Counted from the first letter of the stretch, positions 48,582 through 57,499 are shown. The stretch: DNA of 64,000 nt from Parcubacteria group bacterium Gr01-1014_20 (GCA_007376265.1 VMFW01000002.1:13970-77969); one strand, 5' to 3'. Notes: generated from the letters alone by a model not told the origin. Translations and numbers: made by a program.

Positions 48582-49613
48582 GTGCCAAAGCCACGATCAC
48601 CCAGAAATCCCACCAACAAAGATCACTACGGGATCCTCGAAGTAAATCCTCGAGCTAGCCAAGAAGTCATCAAGGCTGCTTTTCATGCCCTAATGAAGGT
48701 TCATCATCCAGACAAACATGGTGATGAAACCTTGGCTAGAAAAATAACCATAGCCTACGAGATCTTGGGCGACCCAGATAAACGGGCTACTTACGATGAG
48801 ACCAGAAAAGTAAAAACCGGAACCATGATTGGCAACTATCGAGTTATTGAGAAAATTGCCGAAGGTGGATTCGGCACCACTTATCTTGGCGAACATGCAA
48901 TCCTCCAAGAACCGGTCTGCATTAAACACTGCGGTCAAGTCGACCCACAACATGATTCCATCCTTATCGAAGAAGCCAAATCGATTTGGAATCTCCGCCA
49001 CTACGGCCTGCCCGTCATGCAAAACCTGGAACGCCTACCCGACGGTAGCCTTGCTCTCGTCATGACCTACGTTCCAGGAAAAACTTTGCGTAAGGTTGTT
49101 GACAAGGTCGGCCGCCTCGAAGCTGAGCACGTTGCGTGGATTACCGAAAGGATCTTAAACGTTCTTAAATACCTCCACTTCAACGGCGTCGTTCACGGAG
49201 ATTTGAAGCCAGACAACATTATCGTTCAACACGAAAGCCACATGGTTGTTCTCGTTGACTTCGGCCTTGCCATGGTAAAGCCAACCAGCAAGAGCACCGC
49301 AAAAGGATTCACTGAATTCTTCGCTCCTCCCGAACAACTAGCCGGCCTCGCTTTAATTCCCGAATCCGATTTCTACAGCTTGGGCATGACCATGCTCTAC
49401 GCCCTAAGCGGCAATCTAAAGTCTCTCGAGCGAAAAGAAGTTCCGAGCGACGTACCCGATCCCCTGTGCGATTTTATTCGAAAACTTATCACCCGCGACC
49501 CAATGTCACGACCACGGTGGGAGAACGTAGACCTTTTTGCTGAAATTCAAAAAGTTCGCGAACAATCCTTTGGGCGTAGCCGATCTGGAATGAAACCAAT
49601 CCCTGGTGCCTAA
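48582..49613 (+). CDS. J-domain (DnaJ-like) fused to a Hanks-type Ser/Thr protein kinase
   Basis: HYGILEV..A....IK.A..HHPDK..AYEIL.D...R..YD; IAEGGFG, CIK, HGDLKPDN, DFG, APPE, SDFYSLG. Confidence 0.92.
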   Translation: MPKPRSPRNPTNKDHYGILEVNPRASQEVIKAAFHALMKVHHPDKHGDETLARKITIAYEILGDPDKRATYDETRKVKTGTMIGNYRVIEKIAEGGFGTTYLGEHAILQEPVCIKHCGQVDPQHDSILIEEAKSIWNLRHYGLPVMQNLERLPDGSLALVMTYVPGKTLRKVVDKVGRLEAEHVAWITERILNVLKYLHFNGVVHGDLKPDNIIVQHESHMVVLVDFGLAMVKPTSKSTAKGFTEFFAPPEQLAGLALIPESDFYSLGMTMLYALSGNLKSLERKEVPSDVPDPLCDFIRKLITRDPMSRPRWENVDLFAEIQKVREQSFGRSRSGMKPIPGA

Positions 49614-49635
49614 ACCCTAACGGAAGGAAAAACAA

Positions 49636-50607
49636 ATGTCAGAAAGTGCCGATTTTGATCCCGGCGTATGGAGAGGACACGACTTCAGAAGTGCCCGGGC
49701 AGTTTATGACGCGCACGTTGGCCGAAGCTACGTAGATGCCACCGCCGCCGGCAAGAAAAACGCCGACCTCATCCCTTCCAGCATCACCACTCAGAGCCCG
49801 GCGCCACTTGCTATTCTTTGTGACGTAACCGGTTCTATGGGCGAGTGGCCCGCCACCATCTTTTCCAAGCTCCCCTATCTCGAACTCGAGGGGCAGGAAT
49901 ACCTTGGAAAAGAGATGGAAATTTGTTTCGCCGCCGTCGGGGACGCCTACACAGACCAGTACCCTATCCAGGTTCGCCCGTTCGCAAAAGGAACCGATCT
50001 CAAGAAACAGCTCAAAGAACTGGTCATTGAGGGCCACGGTGGCAACCAGCAAACTGAAAGCTATGAACTCTCCGCTCTCTACTTTGCAAGAAACGTCAGT
50101 ATGCCCAACGCCATCAGCCCCATCCTCATTTTCATCGGCGACGAGCAACCCTACGACTTCGTAGACAAAAGCCAAGCAAAATCTTTGGCATACGTCGATC
50201 TTCAGACTCGATTGAGCACAGACGAGATCTTCGAGGAACTGAAGAGAAAGTACTCCGTTTATTTGATCCGCAAACCGTACAGACTCACCGGTCGCAATGA
50301 CATCAGCGAAGAAGACGTCCGCATCAGAAAGGCCTGGGTCAAACTCCTCGGCGAAGATCACATCTCTGATCTGCCCGAAGCCGGGCGGGTTGTCGACGTT
50401 ATCTTCGGCATCCTCGCGAAAGAAACCGGTCGAGTTGAATACTTCGAGAAAGAATTGACCGAGCGCCAAAAGCCCGATCAAATCAAAACCGTCATGAAGT
50501 CTCTGGCAAGCGTGCATCTGTTGCCACCGCCGAGCAAGAGCAAGAAATCCGGCCAATCAACTCTGCGCAATCCCGGCACCGGTCGCAAAACCCAACCTCT
50601 AGTTTAA
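49636..50607 (+). CDS. vWA (MIDAS) domain protein
   Basis: ILCDVTGSMG, AVGDA..D..P.QV, EG.GG....ESY, IFIGDE. Confidence 0.82.
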   Translation: MSESADFDPGVWRGHDFRSARAVYDAHVGRSYVDATAAGKKNADLIPSSITTQSPAPLAILCDVTGSMGEWPATIFSKLPYLELEGQEYLGKEMEICFAAVGDAYTDQYPIQVRPFAKGTDLKKQLKELVIEGHGGNQQTESYELSALYFARNVSMPNAISPILIFIGDEQPYDFVDKSQAKSLAYVDLQTRLSTDEIFEELKRKYSVYLIRKPYRLTGRNDISEEDVRIRKAWVKLLGEDHISDLPEAGRVVDVIFGILAKETGRVEYFEKELTERQKPDQIKTVMKSLASVHLLPPPSKSKKSGQSTLRNPGTGRKTQPLV

Positions 50608-50616
50608 ACTCAAATA

Positions 50617-50647
50617 GAGCGCACCGATCGTAAAGATCGGTGCGCTC
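50617..50647 (+). promoter_or_regulatory. Perfect 13-bp intercistronic hairpin abutting the next SD
   Basis: GAGCGCACCGATC-gtaaa-GATCGGTGCGCTC followed by AAGGAG; no U-tract. Confidence 0.6.
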
Positions 50648-50658
50648 AAGGAGTCTTC

Positions 50659-51645
50659 ATGCCACAACCAGAACTCTTTGTTACTCTCTGGCCAAGTTTC
50701 CCCCATTTCGATCGCTTCTCTAGAGATTCCCGTATCGCTGGTATTCGCTTAAACAGCGCCATGATCTCAAACCCAGAATTAGAGAAAGAGCTAGTACTTG
50801 TAAAAGATTCCAAAACCGAAATCCCGATGTACTTTGACGCAAAAGCAAGACAACTTCGAGTCGAAGAAGTTCATGAAAATCCCGACTATCTCGACATAAG
50901 CCTGAACCACCCGATCTCCGTCCAGACTCCCTGCATCGTACTTTTCAAGCAAGAAATCGATCAAGCCATGCTAGCGGAAGTCACCGAAGGCGGCAGACGT
51001 CTCAAGTTCTCGCTCAATCCTCGCTATAACGTAAGACCTGGTGAATCCCTTCATATCCGACACTCCAGCCTGCAAGTCCACGGTCCAAACTTTACCGACA
51101 TCGAAAAGGAAAAAATCCGGCGTGTCCGAGAATTCGGCTTCCGTCGATATTTTCTATCCTACGTCGAAAACCAATCCATCATTGATGAATTCCTCGAAAT
51201 GGTGGGCAGCGACGCTGAGGTTTTTCTGAAAATCGAAAACGAGCGCGGTCTTGAATTCGTGGCGAGTGAGTTCCAAAAAAGAGATGGTCTCTATCTAGTG
51301 GCCGCCAGGGGCGATCTTTATGTAGAGCTAGATCGTCCTCATAAAATCCTGCAAGCCCTCAAGCTGATCATCAGCAAAGACCCAGAAGCCTGTGTCGGCT
51401 CAAGGATCCTGTTGTCCATAATCGGTGACCCCGTTCCTTCCTGTGCCGACTTTCTCGAGCTGGCTTGGCTCTACGACATCGGTTATCGAAAAATGATGCT
51501 CTGCGACGAAATCTGTCTTAGGGAAGAGTGGCTTGGAACCGCTATCAATGCCTTTGATAGTTTCCGAAACTCTTATCCTGAAGACCAAATCACTCTCGAC
51601 CTTCGGGATGAAACTGAAATCTCTCCTATAGAATCAATTGCATAA
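50659..51645 (+). CDS. Divergent pyruvate-kinase-like protein (barrel + B domain, no C domain)
   Basis: IRLNS, D.K.RQLR, LSYVE, KIEN..G, AARGDLYVE, P.PSCAD, MLCDE align with PK motifs. Confidence 0.78.
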   Translation: MPQPELFVTLWPSFPHFDRFSRDSRIAGIRLNSAMISNPELEKELVLVKDSKTEIPMYFDAKARQLRVEEVHENPDYLDISLNHPISVQTPCIVLFKQEIDQAMLAEVTEGGRRLKFSLNPRYNVRPGESLHIRHSSLQVHGPNFTDIEKEKIRRVREFGFRRYFLSYVENQSIIDEFLEMVGSDAEVFLKIENERGLEFVASEFQKRDGLYLVAARGDLYVELDRPHKILQALKLIISKDPEACVGSRILLSIIGDPVPSCADFLELAWLYDIGYRKMMLCDEICLREEWLGTAINAFDSFRNSYPEDQITLDLRDETEISPIESIA

Positions 51646-51649
51646 AAAC

Positions 51650-51680
51650 AGCCCGGGCGCCTCGCTCCCGGGCTTTTATT
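51650..51680 (+). terminator. Intrinsic terminator of the kinase operon
   Basis: AGCCCGGG..CCCGGGCT followed by TTTATTT. Confidence 0.7.
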
Positions 51681-51739
51681 TCCCCACTACATACTCATTC
51701 TTGAAAAAAAAGCTTTTTTTGATACACTAACCATTGCAT

Positions 51740-52011
51740 TCCCCGGTAGCTCAGCGGTAGAGCGGATCCCTGTCGGATAGGCAGCCTATAAGAGTAATCT
51801 TATTTGAAAATTTCGGGATAACGGTGAACCCTTCGATATGCTTTTTGGGCATATAAAGGTAACACCGTGGGAACCCCGCCGAGGCGGGGGCACCGTAGAG
51901 ACTAGATACCGAAACATCCCACCCAGGATGATGATATAGTCCACGCCCTTTGGAAACTTTGGGATAAGTGTAAGGATAAGGTCGTAGGTTCGAATCCTAC
52001 CCGGGGAGCCA
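51740..52011 (+). tRNA. tRNA-Asn(GUU), exons 51740-51773 and 51971-52011, with encoded CCA
   Basis: Spliced form TCCCCGG TA GCTCAGCGGTAGAGC G GATCC CTGT^TAA GGATA AGGTC GTAGG TTCGAAT CCTAC CCGGGGA G CCA; TTGAAA..TACACT promoter upstream. Confidence 0.92.
51774..51970 (+). ncRNA. Group I intron (197 nt, no ORF) between anticodon positions 35 and 36
   Basis: P1 CTGT^C/GGCAG with a U.G pair at the splice site; R GTAGAGACTAGA; S GATATAGTCC; terminal omega-G at 51970. Confidence 0.9.
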
Positions 52012-52048
52012 AATAAAAATACTCGATGTTCGATCGGGTATTTTTGTT

Positions 52049-52179
52049 TCTCGGGTAGGATTCAAACAGGGAAAGGGGTCGGGAAAACGGGAGTTTTCCT
52101 GTGGCGGAAGCATTGAAACCGCTGGGTTTCAAAAAATTTGTGATAGCAAATTTTGTTCGATTGCCTACCCGGGGAGCCA
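52049..52179. repeat. tRNA-end-derived structured element (inverted and direct copies of the tRNA 3' end around three hairpins)
   Basis: CTCGGGTAGGATTCAAAC (inverted) and GTTCGATTGCCTACCCGGGGAGCCA (direct, 52155-52179). Confidence 0.8.
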
Positions 52180-52273
52180 GTAGAAAACTTAGGTCAGTTT
52201 TAGGAAAATTTACGCGATAAAAAACGCCCAGTTCGTATTTGAGCCAGGCGTCAAATTTTTGATCTGGGCGAGT

Positions 52274-53371
52274 TCATGGCATTACTCCAGTAAGCTCGTC
52301 CATTAATTCGTCTACGGAAAGAATGCGGTCCACGCGAGATGCATTTGTCCCCACGGTAAAAATCGGAAGGTCAGAAGTGTCGTTGGAATCCGCTGCACTC
52401 AAGAGTGCATTACAGATACAAAAAGCTTCATAGCCTTCCAACGCAAGGCAAGTCATACGGCCATCCTCACCCCCGTGGAGTAGATATTGTTTGTCGCAAA
52501 GAAGCGGTCGTCCACGCGAAAGCGCTTGCTGATATCCTGGTGAGCTTTTGATGATTCGGAAAGGCATACCCGCTGGCGATCCAGGATTTGTCACAACCTC
52601 GATATCTTCCTCTCGCGCGGCAACAATGGCCCGCTTGAACTCTTCTGATGCGCCACTTTCATCTGTTGCGGCAAATCGAGTGCCAATTTGTACACCATCA
52701 GCTCCAACGTTCATCCAACGCACAATGTCTTCGCGCGCATAGATACCACCCGCTACGACAACCGGGAAATCTCCGTTTTTCTGAGCCACTTCCTTCACTG
52801 GCCCAAAAAGTTCTTCGAGCCGGAACTCGGGTTTGGAAATATCTTCGACGTTAAAACCCAGGTGCCCACCTGCAAGCGGTCCCTCAAGAACCACTGCATC
52901 CGGCATTCGTCCGTAACGGCTCCAGCGACGGCAGATAAGTTCTAGCGCCCGGCCAGAAGAGATAATCGGGACAAGCGCTATCTGCGCATCTCCCACTATC
53001 TCCGGCAAAGTCATCGGTAAACCTGCGCCCGCGATAATAGCGTTCACTCCACCCTCAATTGCGCCTTCGATAGAAGGAATGTAAGTCTTTTCAATCAGGA
53101 CCATGCAATTGATAGCAACTACACCATTGTTTCCTGATAGTCGCCTTGCTTCTTCAATCTCGAGCTTGGCTGCTTCACGATGGCTTACCTTAAAGCCAGT
53201 TCTTCTTTCAACCATCCTGTCTAAGGCAATGAAGGATACTGTCCCTACGCCACCTCTAAGCGCAACAGCTCCGGCAAGGCGTGCGAGCGATACACCCGCG
53301 CCCATGCCTCCCTGAATAAGGATTACCCCCCGATCCAACCCCCGGACGGCAATTTTCGGCAACTCCACCAT
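52274..53371 (-). CDS. Nitronate monooxygenase / FabK-like flavoprotein
   Basis: IQGGMG.GVS, AGAGLP, EGPLAGGHLG, AGGI, GADGVQIGTRF.AT.ES.A. Confidence 0.88.
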   Translation of the reverse strand: MVELPKIAVRGLDRGVILIQGGMGAGVSLARLAGAVALRGGVGTVSFIALDRMVERRTGFKVSHREAAKLEIEEARRLSGNNGVVAINCMVLIEKTYIPSIEGAIEGGVNAIIAGAGLPMTLPEIVGDAQIALVPIISSGRALELICRRWSRYGRMPDAVVLEGPLAGGHLGFNVEDISKPEFRLEELFGPVKEVAQKNGDFPVVVAGGIYAREDIVRWMNVGADGVQIGTRFAATDESGASEEFKRAIVAAREEDIEVVTNPGSPAGMPFRIIKSSPGYQQALSRGRPLLCDKQYLLHGGEDGRMTCLALEGYEAFCICNALLSAADSNDTSDLPIFTVGTNASRVDRILSVDELMDELTGVMP

Positions 53372-53546
53372 AGTCTTACCTCCCCTTTTCTTCTATTCTC
53401 ATGTAGACCCGATTGCTGGCTTAAGCCTAACATTTGTTAAAAATATTACGCAATACGTACACGTACGTTCCGCTACTAACAGGCGTAAGTCCGTAGCATT
53501 TAAGCACAGCGCAATCCTGAGCAAAACCGAAGACTATTAGTGAAAC

Positions 53547-53563
53547 TCCTACCCGTGGAGCAA
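53547..53563 (+). repeat. Degenerate third copy of the tRNA-Asn 3' end (att-like)
   Basis: TCCTACCCGTGGAGCAA vs tRNA TCCTACCCGGGGAGCCA (15/17). Confidence 0.7.
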
Positions 53564-53608
53564 ATTTCTCTTGGTTAACTCCGAACGATTGCGGTATGAT
53601 TCTTTATT

Positions 53609-53776
53609 ATGAATAAAAGCAGGGTAATATACTCCGTTCTCGCAATATTATTCGGGGCATTTATGTTTGTATATGGTGAATTTGATGATAGTCCCGGAGG
53701 GCAACTGATCGGACTTCTCATAGGTATTATCGGTATTATAGGCGTGATAAAGAGCAAGAAGAAAAATTCTGGTTAA
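53609..53776 (+). CDS. Small two-TM membrane protein (DDSPG motif), 55 aa
   Basis: Manual translation MNKSRVIYSVLAILFGAFMFVYGEFDDSPGGQLIGLLIGIIGIIGVIKSKKKNSG; shorter than any ORF in the track. Confidence 0.7.
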   Translation: MNKSRVIYSVLAILFGAFMFVYGEFDDSPGGQLIGLLIGIIGIIGVIKSKKKNSG

Positions 53777-53830
53777 GCCAGATTTTAATACTTTCGTTTA
53801 GGCGAAGCAGATTTCAGATTTTTGATTAAC

Positions 53831-54082
53831 TTAACGATGAGGACAGCCGGCCCAACAACAAGGTCGGCGCATTCCGCCCTTAAGCTTAGAGAGTGCCTTC
53901 TCGATGCGGATACCTCTTGTCTCCACTTTCTTGCCTGATGTAATCCAGCAAATCCACTCATTGCGCGCGAGTGGGGTAATATCTTCCCATACTAATTTTG
54001 CCGCTCCGGAAGAAGCAAGAGCTTTTCGTAAATCCGCTGGCATACCATGCACCCCGCTAAGAGCGGTTTCTTTTTTTCCCAC
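53831..54082 (-). CDS. YdeI/OmdA-associated family protein
   Basis: P.DLRKAL..WEDITPLARNEWICWI.S.KK.ETR..RI..RRPCCW.GC.HR. Confidence 0.85.
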   Translation of the reverse strand: MGKKETALSGVHGMPADLRKALASSGAAKLVWEDITPLARNEWICWITSGKKVETRGIRIEKALSKLKGGMRRPCCWAGCPHR

Positions 54083-54146
54083 AAAATCATTCTATCAAAT
54101 CAGAGATAGCAAAAAAATTAGCCTTTTTTGCCCCAGGAAGTAGCAT

Positions 54147-54175
54147 TTGACAAGTCCAACATAGTATGCTACAAT
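54147..54175 (+). promoter_or_regulatory. Sigma70-type promoter
   Basis: TTGACA-17 bp-TACAAT with an extended TG. Confidence 0.7.
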
Positions 54176-54180
54176 TCAAA

Positions 54181-54351
54181 TCCTGAGTTTAAGTACCTCT
54201 CTTGCGAGCCATTCAGGTCTCAACTAAGCCAGTATCTCGTATCTCTAGTAGATTCTAACCTCCTGTCTTCAGGCATAGACGCATCAAGTCGTTTTCAGGC
54301 CTTTCAGAAACATAAGTTAGATATTGGTTTTGTTGAGCTCTTTGATCAGGA
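54181..54351 (+). ncRNA. Candidate structured RNA / long leader
   Basis: Closing stem TCCTGA/TCAGGA; 19-bp stem 54219-54237/54319-54337 with G.U pairs; starts at the predicted TSS. Confidence 0.5.
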
Positions 54352-54377
54352 ATTCAAAAACGAAAGGAGTCCCAAAA

Positions 54378-54614
54378 GTGACACAAAAAGCCTTCCTGGT
54401 GGGAACCCACAGGTTTTCCTTCCAGGCTGGTAAGCCCGCAGAGATTGTGGGAGTAACATTCGTCACTCCCGAGGGTCTCGAAACTCGCCCTTGTTATCAA
54501 ATTCGGTTTGATGACGGCAGAAACGACTTAGTCCCCCTGTCCGAATCTCACCACTTTGAAATCATTTCAGAGCAAGACGTGGCGACCGGAAAGATACCAG
54601 CGGTCACTCACTAA
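54378..54614 (+). CDS. Small hypothetical protein (phage-like)
   Basis: GTG start after AAGGAG; G.HRFSF.AG.PAEI.GV..TP...RPCY.I.F.DG..D..P. Confidence 0.7.
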   Translation: MTQKAFLVGTHRFSFQAGKPAEIVGVTFVTPEGLETRPCYQIRFDDGRNDLVPLSESHHFEIISEQDVATGKIPAVTH

Positions 54615-54707
54615 CACCTCGCATAAAAGACGAAAACCCCGCTTCGCCTGATGCGAGGTTTTCTTTTTCTAAAAAATAGAAACGCTTAGACTATTGTGAG
54701 ATAAGTT

Positions 54708-56381
54708 CTATTGGTTTTTCAAGAACTCAAGTCCACGAACTTCAACGTTTCCTGCTGGCGCGTTGATGTTCGGAGCGGGAACCTTCTTTACCGGCTTATC
54801 CTTCACTTTTCCATAACCGCACTGTGGGCCCGGATCGGACACCTTGGTTCCATCAGTCGCAGTCACAACACCCTGCGCCGCGTGCCAATGTTCGGCGCCA
54901 CAACCCACCTCGTCCTCTATAATAAGTTGGCCGACTGGCAAATATTTTCCTTTATATTCGATCACCTCGATTAGTCCCTCCGCCGCCGTCACAGTTATCG
55001 AAACGTTAAACGGGATGGTGTTGACGAGCTCGTTGGCGGCATTCTTGACCGTTATGCTCCCGTTTACGGTATACGTCCCTGGACCAAAACCCTGAACCGT
55101 GTTGCATGAGTAGGTTACATTCACCTTCGCTGGTAAAGAGCCACCGGGTTTATCAATGTGTAGCCAATTCGGAATGTTACCAACGATCGCATAGCGCGCC
55201 GAATCGGACGTAGCCTGTTTCAAATTCAACACTTGCAGATTCTGTGAGCACGAACCAGCTTCCGGAATAGTCCTGCTAATATACACGCCGTCTTGCTGTT
55301 GCACACCCGTATCGGGCGCAACGCAGGCCGCAGGCTTCCCAGCGCAGATTTCCGGATCAACGCAATCCTTCTTCTCGGATGCGCATACGCCCGCATCGCA
55401 GTAAGCACGGCCAACTTGTTTTCCACTGCAACACACCGGTTCTGGATTACCGCAATCGGCATCCACCTTACAGGTTCTTTCGGAATCCTTTAATTCCTGT
55501 CGTAAATCGTCCAAAGCTCCTTGGATGTGATCTATACCGGAAAGCCCCTCTCTCAACCCAGCTGCTTTTGCTTTCTGTAATTGATTCTCGAGGTCTGTAA
55601 TCTGCCTCTGCAAATCAGGATTATTACCACTAAACACGCCAGTGCACGCCAAACTGTTGGGTTGGATAGGCGTACCCGTACCGCCCGTATTAATCGCGCC
55701 GACATTCACATTCGATGTCCCACCTGGTTCTTTGCATTTCTTCTCTATGGCATCGAGTATTGCGGACTTCTCTTGATGCGCCGACTGCGCTTTTAGGACG
55801 GCTTCATCGTACCTTGTTTTTGCCGCTGCTTCTTTTGCTTGACGATCAACTTGGTTAGCTTCTCGGCCCGCCGCAAGCGTGGCATCACACACGGTTTCTT
55901 TTTCTTTATAAAAATCTGGTTTGTGTGTATCTTCGACACAATCATTGTATCTTTTCTTCGCTGCCTCCCGCTCGTTAAACTTCGCTTCGTTAAAACCCTT
56001 ACCAGCATCAAAATCCGCCATTATCTCTTCATATAGTCGGCCCACCTCCTCAAACGGCTTCTTGCATGGATCGGCAGTCAACGCTCGAGAAATACATGCG
56101 TGGTGCTCCGCCTCGAGAGCTCGATTCTTATCCCAATACGCGTCGCTTATCGTCTCCCGCTCCGCGTCAAGCGCCTCTTGCGCCGCAAGCTTTCGTTCCT
56201 CTAATTCGTTCCCAATCGCAATCCTAGCAGACGCCAAATCCTCGCAAGCGGTATTCCGCACATCAACTCCGCCATCGGCAAACTGATTGTTAAAAACGCC
56301 ACCCAAAGAAGCGGCTATGATCCCCAGCACGGCAACGCCTCCGATTAGAGTGGCCAACTTCCCAAAAGACATTGTCCCCAT
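54708..56381 (-). CDS. Cys-rich secreted/anchored coiled-coil protein
   Basis: N-terminal TM, helical region with spaced Cys, Cys cluster CKVDADC..CC..C..C, C-terminal C...HWHA..DP...CGYG. Confidence 0.8.
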   Translation of the reverse strand: MGTMSFGKLATLIGGVAVLGIIAASLGGVFNNQFADGGVDVRNTACEDLASARIAIGNELEERKLAAQEALDAERETISDAYWDKNRALEAEHHACISRALTADPCKKPFEEVGRLYEEIMADFDAGKGFNEAKFNEREAAKKRYNDCVEDTHKPDFYKEKETVCDATLAAGREANQVDRQAKEAAAKTRYDEAVLKAQSAHQEKSAILDAIEKKCKEPGGTSNVNVGAINTGGTGTPIQPNSLACTGVFSGNNPDLQRQITDLENQLQKAKAAGLREGLSGIDHIQGALDDLRQELKDSERTCKVDADCGNPEPVCCSGKQVGRAYCDAGVCASEKKDCVDPEICAGKPAACVAPDTGVQQQDGVYISRTIPEAGSCSQNLQVLNLKQATSDSARYAIVGNIPNWLHIDKPGGSLPAKVNVTYSCNTVQGFGPGTYTVNGSITVKNAANELVNTIPFNVSITVTAAEGLIEVIEYKGKYLPVGQLIIEDEVGCGAEHWHAAQGVVTATDGTKVSDPGPQCGYGKVKDKPVKKVPAPNINAPAGNVEVRGLEFLKNQ

Positions 56382-56530
56382 ATGACTGTTTTATTAATTT
56401 TTGATTATCAGGCCCGACGAGTGCCCCTTTATAAATTTACTTAAATACTAGAATAGTCGAATAAAAAAATCAAAACTCCAGAATATCTAAGCATGTCTTG
56501 TGTATGTCTGGGTATGCTAAAATTAAATCC

Positions 56531-57421
56531 GTGAAAACACCCAAAATAAAAGGTGTCTACCTGGCGTTCGGTCTAATGACTGCCATAGTGGTCCTCCTCG
56601 CCTACGGCGGATATCGCTATTGGGAATTTAACGAATCAAAAATATTCAGACTCGAGCAACTTCTTTCAATCAACCAAAATAAACTCTTAATATTTGAAAA
56701 GGAAAACACCGACCTAACCGAAGCCCTACATAACGAACAAGCCAAAAACCAGCTTTACGAAGCCCAGATCAAAAACATCTTCGAAGTCGTTGGCGAACTC
56801 TCCGGCACCGTGGGTGTTCTAAAAAAATTGAGCCAAACCGATCCAGAGCTCCTCAAAAAATATTCCAAAGTTTACTTTCTAAACGAACACTACACGCCCA
56901 CTCGTCTCGAAATCATAGACTCAAAGTACATCTACGACAAAAACATTCCACAACAAATCCATATAAACGCCGCGCCGTTCCTCGAAAGAATGTTGGCCTC
57001 GGCAAGCAACGCTAGCGTAACTCTCAAAATTGCTTCAGCCTATCGCTCGTTTGGTACTCAAGCAGTCGTAAAATCTGGATACAAAGTTACCTACGGCGCT
57101 GGCACAGCCAATCAATTCTCCGCCGAACAGGGCTATTCGGAACATCAACTTGGCACAGCCCTAGATTTTAACTCCCCAGAAACCAAAGAAGTATTCCTTG
57201 GATTTGAGAAAACCAAAAACTACAAATGGTTGACTGAAAATGCCTACCAGTATGGTTTTGTGCTCTCCTACCCACCCAACAACATCTATTACCAATTCGA
57301 GCCTTGGCACTGGCGATTTGTCGGCGTCGCTCTCGCGAGCAAACTCCACGATGAAAACAAATATTTTTACGATCTCCCCCAACGCGATATCGATAACTAC
57401 CTCGTAAACATCTTCGACTGA
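56531..57421 (+). CDS. M15B (VanY-like) D-Ala-D-Ala carboxypeptidase with TM + coiled coil
   Basis: SAYRS, GYSEHQLGTALDF, EPWHWRFVG. Confidence 0.92.
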   Translation: MKTPKIKGVYLAFGLMTAIVVLLAYGGYRYWEFNESKIFRLEQLLSINQNKLLIFEKENTDLTEALHNEQAKNQLYEAQIKNIFEVVGELSGTVGVLKKLSQTDPELLKKYSKVYFLNEHYTPTRLEIIDSKYIYDKNIPQQIHINAAPFLERMLASASNASVTLKIASAYRSFGTQAVVKSGYKVTYGAGTANQFSAEQGYSEHQLGTALDFNSPETKEVFLGFEKTKNYKWLTENAYQYGFVLSYPPNNIYYQFEPWHWRFVGVALASKLHDENKYFYDLPQRDIDNYLVNIFD

Positions 57422-57499
57422 TCCCGATTGACATTCTGTTTTAATATTGTAGAATATAGAACTTAGTAATTTAACATAAAACAAAGAGGAGGTTAGAGA

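Noticed and set aside
49639..50556. 305-aa antisense ORF over the vWA gene
   Set aside because: Codon-register shadow of the plus-strand gene, which has an SD, family motifs and operon context; the antisense product has no motifs.
52155..52179. Second tRNA gene
   Set aside because: Only a 3' fragment; no D-arm, anticodon arm or pairing T-stem.
54128..54433. 101-aa ORF over the candidate RNA
   Set aside because: Its TTG start lies upstream of the promoter, it has no SD, and it overlaps the better-supported ORF at 54378.
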